Shown one piece after another: positions 57,884-64,000 of a stretch of 64,000 nt of DNA (its first letter is position 1; every line of letters starts with the position of its first letter). Source of the stretch: Bacteroidales bacterium (GTDB taxonomy: Bacteria; Bacteroidota; Bacteroidia; Bacteroidales; UBA12077); contig JAWLEB010000004.1 in the NCBI GenBank assembly GCA_041686375.1, positions 45,672 through 109,671 on the forward strand, read 5' to 3'. A model generated the notes under the pieces. That model was not told the DNA's origin. It made no database searches and saw only the letters and a list, made by a program, of their open reading frames with translations. The position numbers and the translations under genes were made by a program.

Positions 57884-60067
57884 CTATAAATTTTCTTCGA
57901 TAAAGTTGGTCATTTTTGTAAATAGATGTACGGACGTATTTCCTCCATGTATTCCATGATTTTTATCCGGATAGAACTGCTGATCAAACTGTTTATTGGC
58001 CTGTACCAGTTTTTCTGAAAGTTCAATGGAATTCTGAAAATGAACATTATCATCACCGGTGCCATGGACTAACAGAAATGCTCCCTTCATTTTGTCCACA
58101 TGATTAATGGGAGAATTGTCATCATATCCTTCAGCATTGTCCTGTGGCAATCCCATGTATCGTTCAGTATAAATGGTGTCATAATACCTCCAGTTGGTAA
58201 CCGGGGCCACAGAAATTGCCATGGAAAACACATCATTGCCCTGGAAAAGGCAGTTGGCAGCCATAAATCCTCCATAACTCCAGCCGTAAATTCCTGTCCT
58301 GTCTTCATCAATATATGGCAAGTCACCTAGGTATTGAGCAGCTTCTATCTGGTCAACTGTTTCGTATTTCCCTAATTCACCGTAGGTCATTTTCTTGAAT
58401 TTTTCTCCTCTGGCTCCTGTTCCGCGGCCATCCACAACTGCTACCACATATCCTTTTTGGGTGAGCATTGTAAACCATGCATGGTATCTGTCCCATCGTT
58501 CAGTAACTTGTTGAGAACCCGGACCACTGTATTGAAACATGAACAACGGATACTCCTTATCCGGGTCAAAATCGTTTGGTTTCATTATATATCCATTCAA
58601 GTCCCACTTGCTGGAAGGGGTTTTTATTTTCATAAACTCCTTTTCTACAAATCCATATTCTTCTGCTTTTTCCTTGAGTTCATCATTATTTTCCAGCATT
58701 CTTATTTCTTCACCTTCTTCATTATGTAATGTTATTTCAGTAGGCGTATTGGCATCGGAGTGATAATTGATGAAATATTTAAATCCATTGCTAAAATCAA
58801 CACGATTCCATCCCTTTTTTTCTGTGATTTGTGTTTTATTTTTTCCATCTAATCCAATCGAATAGGTATGACGTTGCAGGGGAGACACTTCAGTAGAACT
58901 GTAGTATACTTGCTGTTCATCTTCGTCCACTCCCAGTATGTCTGTGACACTCCAGTCACCTCCTGTTATTTGATTTTGTAAATTGCCTTCTGTGTCATAA
59001 AGATAAAGATGGTTGTGCCCGCTTTTTTCACTGTATAGGATAAAATGTTCTCCGTCATCTAAAAAGACAGGATAGTTGTCATTGATTTCGGAAATGTAGT
59101 GTTCATTTTTTTCATCATAAATTACTTCTGTTTTTCCGTTGGTTGCGTCAGCAAATAGTATTTCAACATGATTTTGCAGCCTGTTCATTCGAATCATGCT
59201 AAGTGTGTTGTTGTCTTTTGTCCATTTGATGCGGGGAATATATTGGTCAGTTTCTTCGCCCGTATTCATTTCTTTTGTGGTTTCCTTTCCCAATTCGTAC
59301 ACAAAAATATCTACAATGGCGTTCTTTTCTCCTGCTTTGGGATATTTAAAAGTATAGTCCTCAGGATAAAGCTGATTTTTAAACATATTCATGTGAAATT
59401 CTTTAACCCTGCTTTCGTCAAATTTATAGAACGCGATTTTGTCGCTGTTAGGTGACCAGTGGAAACCCTGGGTAAAAGCAAATTCTTCTTCATATACCCA
59501 GTCTGTAGTTCCATTAATAATGTGGTTGTGTTTCCCGTCATCTGTTACTTGAATTTCTGCTCCGGATTCAAGATCTTTATAGAATAGATTATTTTTTCTT
59601 ACAAAGCCAATTTTTGATGCATCAGGAGAAAAGGTGGCCAGCCTTTGAGCTCCGTTTTCGCTGAGTTGCTCTAAGGTTTCTTGCTCTCTGTCATACACAT
59701 AGTATTGCGCTGTAAAGGAATGACGATATATTTGATTGCGATCGGTAGCTATCAGGAGCTTGCTTTCATCATCGCTGAAAACATAAGTGAAAAAACCGGA
59801 GATATCGTCATGGTTTTCAGCATTGAACAATGTATCTTTCACTTCACCTGTTTTGTAGTTAAATTTTACCAGGTGCTTTCCGTTTTCTATTGTTGTGTAA
59901 TGAACTCCATCTTTCATAGAGCGTAGTCCGTGAACTGATTTGGCATTGAAGATTCCATCTTTATAGATGTCTTCTAAGGTAATCTGCTTATCATTCTGGC
60001 TGAATCCTGTCAGTACCAGGGAAAATATAAGCATGAACAGCATGTAAACTTGATGTACCCTTTTCAT
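57884..60067 (-). CDS. Dipeptidyl peptidase IV (S9B prolyl oligopeptidase family)
   Basis: 727 aa with a signal peptide, an N-terminal beta-propeller region, the GWSYGG nucleophile motif and a C-terminal GTGDDNVH. Confidence 0.9.
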   Translation of the reverse strand: MKRVHQVYMLFMLIFSLVLTGFSQNDKQITLEDIYKDGIFNAKSVHGLRSMKDGVHYTTIENGKHLVKFNYKTGEVKDTLFNAENHDDISGFFTYVFSDDESKLLIATDRNQIYRHSFTAQYYVYDREQETLEQLSENGAQRLATFSPDASKIGFVRKNNLFYKDLESGAEIQVTDDGKHNHIINGTTDWVYEEEFAFTQGFHWSPNSDKIAFYKFDESRVKEFHMNMFKNQLYPEDYTFKYPKAGEKNAIVDIFVYELGKETTKEMNTGEETDQYIPRIKWTKDNNTLSMIRMNRLQNHVEILFADATNGKTEVIYDEKNEHYISEINDNYPVFLDDGEHFILYSEKSGHNHLYLYDTEGNLQNQITGGDWSVTDILGVDEDEQQVYYSSTEVSPLQRHTYSIGLDGKNKTQITEKKGWNRVDFSNGFKYFINYHSDANTPTEITLHNEEGEEIRMLENNDELKEKAEEYGFVEKEFMKIKTPSSKWDLNGYIMKPNDFDPDKEYPLFMFQYSGPGSQQVTERWDRYHAWFTMLTQKGYVVAVVDGRGTGARGEKFKKMTYGELGKYETVDQIEAAQYLGDLPYIDEDRTGIYGWSYGGFMAANCLFQGNDVFSMAISVAPVTNWRYYDTIYTERYMGLPQDNAEGYDDNSPINHVDKMKGAFLLVHGTGDDNVHFQNSIELSEKLVQANKQFDQQFYPDKNHGIHGGNTSVHLFTKMTNFIEENL

Positions 60068-60148
60068 AAGCGTTAGATTGATTTGATTATTTGAATTTAT
60101 GAATTAACTTTTGCTTTTGAGCTTTAAATTTAACAGATATTCCTAAAT

Positions 60149-61207
60149 TTGCGAAAAAACTACACTAAAAAATTGAGAGATAATATTATTAGAGCGTTAA
60201 AAAAACTATACTTTCATTACTTCGGCGAAAAACCGGATTATATTGATCTATTGCCTTATGGCGGCTCAAACAGGAATTATTATAGAGTTGTCAGTCAGCG
60301 GTTTAGCGCTATTGGGGTTTATAATTCTGACAAGGAGGAAAATGAGACTTTTCTGTATATGACAAATTTTTTTTTAGCTGAAAATATACCAGTTCCTGTT
60401 GTTTATTTGACAAACCTTGATGAGAATGTTATGCTGCTGAAAGATTTGGGTGATCAGACATTATTTTCGGTTATTACTGGGATGGATGATGTGCATGATA
60501 AAGAAGAGCTTTTAAAAAGCATGTTTAAGAAAGTAGTTAGCGAACTGGCACGTATCCAGGTTGTTGCTGGCAAGAAGTTTGATTTTTCCAAATGTTATGC
60601 GGGCAGTGAGTTTGATAAGTCTGCAGTATTTTTTGACTTGGAATATTTCAGAAGGGAATTTCTGGATCAGGTAAAGTTGAATTACCCGAAAATTGAACTG
60701 AAAAAAGATTTTCAAAAATTGGCTGATTTTGTGGATAGTGCAGACAAAATTTTTTTTATGTATCGAGATTTTCAGTCAAGAAATATCATGATCTATCAGG
60801 ATAAGTATTATTTTATTGACTACCAGGGAGGCAGAAAGGGACCAATGCAGTATGATCTGGCATCGCTATTATTTCAGGCACGGGCAGGGATTCCGGAAAA
60901 AGTAAGAGAAGAAATTCTCGAGTATTATGTTCAGATAATAAGAATGTTTACGCCAACATTGCGGGAGGAATTTTTGTGTCACTATTATACCATTGCTCTT
61001 GTCAGGGTACTACAGACTTTGGGAGCTTATGGTTTGAGGGGCCTGAAAGAACAGAAAAGTCATTTCATCCGGAGTATTCCTTTTGCTTTGAATAATTTGA
61101 ACACACTCTCAGAAAAGGTTGATATGCTTTCCGATCTCCCACACTTGGATAAGGTGATTAATATTTTGAAACATACTAAACTTAATAATTATGGAATCCA
61201 GCAATAA
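60149..61207 (+). CDS. amgK: Aminoglycoside-phosphotransferase-fold sugar kinase (AmgK-like N-acetylmuramate/GlcNAc anomeric kinase)
   Basis: 352 aa with YRDFQSRNIMI and DYQGGRKGPMQYDLASLL motifs. The ORF has no early ATG, so it starts at TTG 60149 or 60173. A MurU-like gene lies two genes downstream. Confidence 0.7.
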   Translation: MRKNYTKKLRDNIIRALKKLYFHYFGEKPDYIDLLPYGGSNRNYYRVVSQRFSAIGVYNSDKEENETFLYMTNFFLAENIPVPVVYLTNLDENVMLLKDLGDQTLFSVITGMDDVHDKEELLKSMFKKVVSELARIQVVAGKKFDFSKCYAGSEFDKSAVFFDLEYFRREFLDQVKLNYPKIELKKDFQKLADFVDSADKIFFMYRDFQSRNIMIYQDKYYFIDYQGGRKGPMQYDLASLLFQARAGIPEKVREEILEYYVQIIRMFTPTLREEFLCHYYTIALVRVLQTLGAYGLRGLKEQKSHFIRSIPFALNNLNTLSEKVDMLSDLPHLDKVINILKHTKLNNYGIQQ

Positions 61208-61604
61208 ACTTAAGGTGTTTGTGAATAGTTTCTCGTATAAAAGAGGGATGCCTTATGATCCTGAAGGCAATGGAGGTGGTTTTGTTTTTGATTGCAGAGG
61301 GCTGGAAAACCCGGGGAGATATGTAAGATATGCATTTCTAACCGGGAAAGACCAGGAAGTAATTGATTTTATGGAAAAAAATTCAAGGAGCCATGAGTTT
61401 CTGAAATATATACTTGCAATTGTTGAGGTTAATATTTCAAACTATATGACTAGAAACTTTAGTAATTTGATGATTAACTTTGGATGTACAGGCGGACAAC
61501 ATCGTTCAGTTTATTGTGCAGAACAGCTTGCAGCAGCCCTGAAGGAAAAATATGATGAAAAGATTATTGTGGAATGCAACCATCTGGATTTAACACAATT
61601 TTAG
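61191..61604 (+). CDS. RapZ C-terminal-domain-like protein (no N-terminal P-loop domain)
   Basis: 137 aa. FDCRGLENPGR and GCTGGQHRSV match the conserved motifs of the RapZ C-terminal domain. Overlaps the amgK-like gene by 17 nt. Confidence 0.65.
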   Translation: MESSNKLKVFVNSFSYKRGMPYDPEGNGGGFVFDCRGLENPGRYVRYAFLTGKDQEVIDFMEKNSRSHEFLKYILAIVEVNISNYMTRNFSNLMINFGCTGGQHRSVYCAEQLAAALKEKYDEKIIVECNHLDLTQF

Positions 61605-61625
61605 AAAGAAATAAAAGGTAAGCAG

Positions 61626-62345
61626 ATGAAGGCAATGATTTTTGCGGCGGGTATCGGAAGCAGGCTTAGACCTGTCACTTATGAGAAGCCAAAAGCAATG
61701 GTAAAGGTGGGCGGTAAAACTATGCTGGAACATGCACTTGAACATCTGAGTGGATATGGATGTAAAGATATCATTATTAATCTGCATCACTTTCCTGAAC
61801 AAATCAAAAACTTCGTGGAAGAGAATATCAATACGGATGTAAATATCATCTTCTCCGAAGAAAAAGATTTGCTGGATACAGGCGGTGGATTGAAAAAGGC
61901 TTCATGGTTTTTTGATGATGAACCCTTTCTTGTTTACAATGTCGATATCCTAAGTAATTTGAATCTTAATGCCCTGATAAATTTTCATAATATCCACTAT
62001 GGATTAGCCTCTGTTGTGGTTCGTCGCCGGAATTCTTCAAGATATCTGTTGATTGATAATGATGATAAACTAACAGGATGGGAAGACACCCGGAAAAAGT
62101 CTAAAAAAATGATATTGAAGGCAGACAGCTATGAGCGTTATGCATTCAGTGGAATACATGTCTTAAGTCCTGAGATTATACCTTTATTTCCTCATAAAGA
62201 TAAGTTTTCAATCATTGATTTTTACCTGGAAGTTATCAAAAGCCATTCTGTTTATGCCTTTCTCGATGATGATTCATATTGGTTTGATATTGGAGATTTG
62301 GAAAAGCTCAAAAAGGCCAATGAATTTATGGGTCGGAGAGAATAG
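61626..62345 (+). CDS. murU: Sugar-1-phosphate nucleotidyltransferase (MurU-like N-acetylmuramate-1-phosphate uridylyltransferase)
   Basis: 239 aa with MKAMIFAAGIGSRLRPVTYEKPKAMV, the N-terminal G-x-G-x-R-L nucleotidyltransferase motif. Confidence 0.75.
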   Translation: MKAMIFAAGIGSRLRPVTYEKPKAMVKVGGKTMLEHALEHLSGYGCKDIIINLHHFPEQIKNFVEENINTDVNIIFSEEKDLLDTGGGLKKASWFFDDEPFLVYNVDILSNLNLNALINFHNIHYGLASVVVRRRNSSRYLLIDNDDKLTGWEDTRKKSKKMILKADSYERYAFSGIHVLSPEIIPLFPHKDKFSIIDFYLEVIKSHSVYAFLDDDSYWFDIGDLEKLKKANEFMGRRE

Positions 62346-62469
62346 ATTAATCTGAAGTTAATTTATATTTATAACAAGTATATTTTTTCCAGATATTTCA
62401 GCCTTAACCAGCCTGGTATTAAGGCGCAGTATAAAAAGGAGTCTCCTAAGGCTCGCACTATTGGAGAAA

Positions 62470-62487
62470 GAGGCAGGACGTTGCCTC
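62470..62487 (-). terminator. Short hairpin after the yeeE-like gene
   Basis: gaggca / tgcctc form a 6-bp stem. The minus strand continues tttctcc. Confidence 0.35.
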
Positions 62488-62496
62488 AAAACAGCC

Positions 62497-63510
62497 CTAC
62501 TTTTTTTTGTAAAAAATTTTTCCTGTGAGCAGGAAACTGGCAAAAACAAAAGCAGCAAAAACCATGCTGCTGGCTGCAAGCTGCATGCCTCCGGAGATGA
62601 CATGTCCGCTGGTACAACCTTTTGCCAATTTTGCACCAAATAATAGCAAGAAACCTCCTGAAAATGACCAGATTAACCTTCTTATTAGGGAGCTGCCTTT
62701 AAATCTGGCCCAGTTTTCATAAACCACCTGAAATTTAAACTCTTTCCTTAGCAAGGAAATCACAAGTCCTGATATAAATGCTCCCAGTATAAAATTCATA
62801 TGCCAGTCTCCCTGGCTAATCGATTGTAAAGTAAAATGATTGTTTTGGGTATTGCCCGTCAATGTATTGCCAAATTTGGAATAAAATGATGAAACGCCTA
62901 TAACCCTGTCTGTTATGGAAGAAGCGAATACAAAGCACGCTAATATGGCGATTCCCAGACCGGTATAAAACCATTTCATATCTTTCTTCTTTTCAATCTT
63001 ATTGAGCCAGAAAGAGACTGCCACAAAAAAGGCACCGATTATAATTACCAGTGCATAAAATAAGACAGAATAGCTGCCAATAGCAGAAAACAGGGAAATC
63101 TTACCAAGGTTCGTTTTAAATATTTGATTAATACCCGGACTGATGATTGTATGGATGAAACCACCTAAAAATCCGCCTAAAATTCCAAATAACGCATCCA
63201 GTGAACCTTGACCAAATGATATGGGCAAGGTTCCGGGACAATATCCAAGGACAGCCATTCCTATACCGAAAATTATCCCTCCAAAGATAACATGTTCAAC
63301 CATAAACGGTTTGATATGGTAGGATGCAAGTCCTAAGCCTGTTTCAATGCTTATGAGAATTGCCCCTATACCTATGGCAGTGGCGATTGTTTTTGCTACA
63401 GTAAAATCTTCCAGAATTGCCATACCTGAGATGGTATTGTATTTATTCAGTTTGGCATATTGCAACAGGATACCAAATAAAAAGCCCATTATCAAAATTG
63501 TCCAGGTCAT
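62497..63510 (-). CDS. YeeE/YedE family sulfur-compound transporter
   Basis: 337 aa, multi-TM, with conserved Cys motifs GYCPG and KGCTSGH. Confidence 0.8.
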   Translation of the reverse strand: MTWTILIMGFLFGILLQYAKLNKYNTISGMAILEDFTVAKTIATAIGIGAILISIETGLGLASYHIKPFMVEHVIFGGIIFGIGMAVLGYCPGTLPISFGQGSLDALFGILGGFLGGFIHTIISPGINQIFKTNLGKISLFSAIGSYSVLFYALVIIIGAFFVAVSFWLNKIEKKKDMKWFYTGLGIAILACFVFASSITDRVIGVSSFYSKFGNTLTGNTQNNHFTLQSISQGDWHMNFILGAFISGLVISLLRKEFKFQVVYENWARFKGSSLIRRLIWSFSGGFLLLFGAKLAKGCTSGHVISGGMQLAASSMVFAAFVFASFLLTGKIFYKKK

Positions 63511-63744
63511 AGTTTTTGAATTTTAATTATTGTTTATTTGTCAAATGCTTCTCCGTCGGAGGAGCTATTGCTACCATAGGGATAGAAGTTACCATCATAA
63601 ATAATCCTCTTCTTTTATAATAGTAATGATTATTTTATCATGTACATTTCATTTTTGAACTTAGAGATAAAACGTTATCCCCGTATTTGTCAATACAGGG
63701 ATAGGCCATTGCTGCTATAACACAAGCATTCAGTTTCTTAAAAA

Positions 63745-64000
63745 CTAATTGGTCTTATATTTGAATTTCACCGTTGAAAGTTCCTCGTTTGCTCTGATTA
63801 TCTTCTGTGCTAGTCCGGCTTTAAAATTATCCATTGTGTTCATAACTTTTTCATCGCTGAGCGCCAGGATCTGTGTAGCCAGAATTCCTGCATTTCTTGC
63901 AGCGTCAAGACCAACGGTTGCTACGGGAATACCCGGAGGCATTTGTAGGATGGATAAAATAGAATCCCACCCGTCTATCGAAATAGATGCCTTGATGGGT
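63745..64000 (-). CDS. purE: 5-(carboxyamino)imidazole ribonucleotide mutase, C-terminal part (start lies outside the window)
   Basis: SILQMPPGIPVATVGLDAARNAGILATQIL matches the PurE C-terminal conserved region. The frame stays open to the window edge. Confidence 0.85.
   Translation of the reverse strand, partial: PIKASISIDGWDSILSILQMPPGIPVATVGLDAARNAGILATQILALSDEKVMNTMDNFKAGLAQKIIRANEELSTVKFKYKTN

Noticed and set aside
62358-62643. 93-aa and 60-aa ORFs around the 3' end of the yeeE-like gene
   Set aside because: They overlap the well-supported YeeE/YedE frame and a terminator hairpin. No motifs are present.
1-64000. Looked for CRISPR arrays, IS elements, integrases, phage genes, rRNA, tmRNA, RNase P and SRP RNA
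   Set aside because: I saw no regularly spaced direct repeats, no transposase or integrase-like ORF, and no conserved cores of these RNAs. Detection by eye is limited, so an Infernal/Rfam scan would be needed to exclude small RNAs.

Overview
AT-rich chromosomal segment (G+C not computed). The gene complement looks Bacteroidota-like: S46 and S9 dipeptidyl peptidases, a CarboxypepD_reg-type TonB-dependent receptor, an SDR-type threonine dehydrogenase, adjacent parE-parC and a class II RNR. I can support about 55 protein genes, one tRNA-Leu(UAG), several hairpin terminators and a few inverted-repeat elements. I saw no rRNA, CRISPR array, transposase or integrase. Housekeeping blocks: lptB(3' end)-tRNA-Leu-tig-clpP-clpX (1-3.9 kb); metG, tdh-like and waaA (31-36 kb); zupT, rnhA, S46 peptidase, rlmN, parE-parC-aroK and nrdJ (42-55.6 kb); DPP-IV, amgK-rapZC-like-murU, yeeE and purE (58-64 kb). 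The most unusual content is a tightly packed ten-gene minus-strand array at 4155-15367. It combines an orphan CheR/CheR'/CheB methylation module with a TM-GAF protein, a GAF-PAS-PP2C sensor phosphatase, a SiaB-like kinase, a DUF1987/SiaC-like phosphoprotein and a TerB-fused ABCG-type exporter with two secreted proteins. The window contains no CheA, CheW, CheY, MCP or diguanylate cyclase. The sensor phosphatase has four Glu-Glu pairs spaced exactly one heptad apart in its coiled coil, which resembles MCP methylation sites. I propose this array as a methylation-tuned partner-switch system whose output is an exporter; this is inference only. A second accessory block (17.3-25.3 kb) is a copper-homeostasis locus with four HMA domains, an HMA-AraC fusion regulator, a multicopper oxidase, CopZ/CopA, a P-II-like protein and several small Cys-motif proteins. 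Minor items: an orphan second DUF1987 gene behind a heavily structured intergenic region, a stop-interrupted gene remnant at 36.7-37.1 kb, and a roughly 110-bp GC-rich inverted-repeat element at 46.7 kb. All calls rest on motif recognition by eye and the supplied ORF track. No database search was run.
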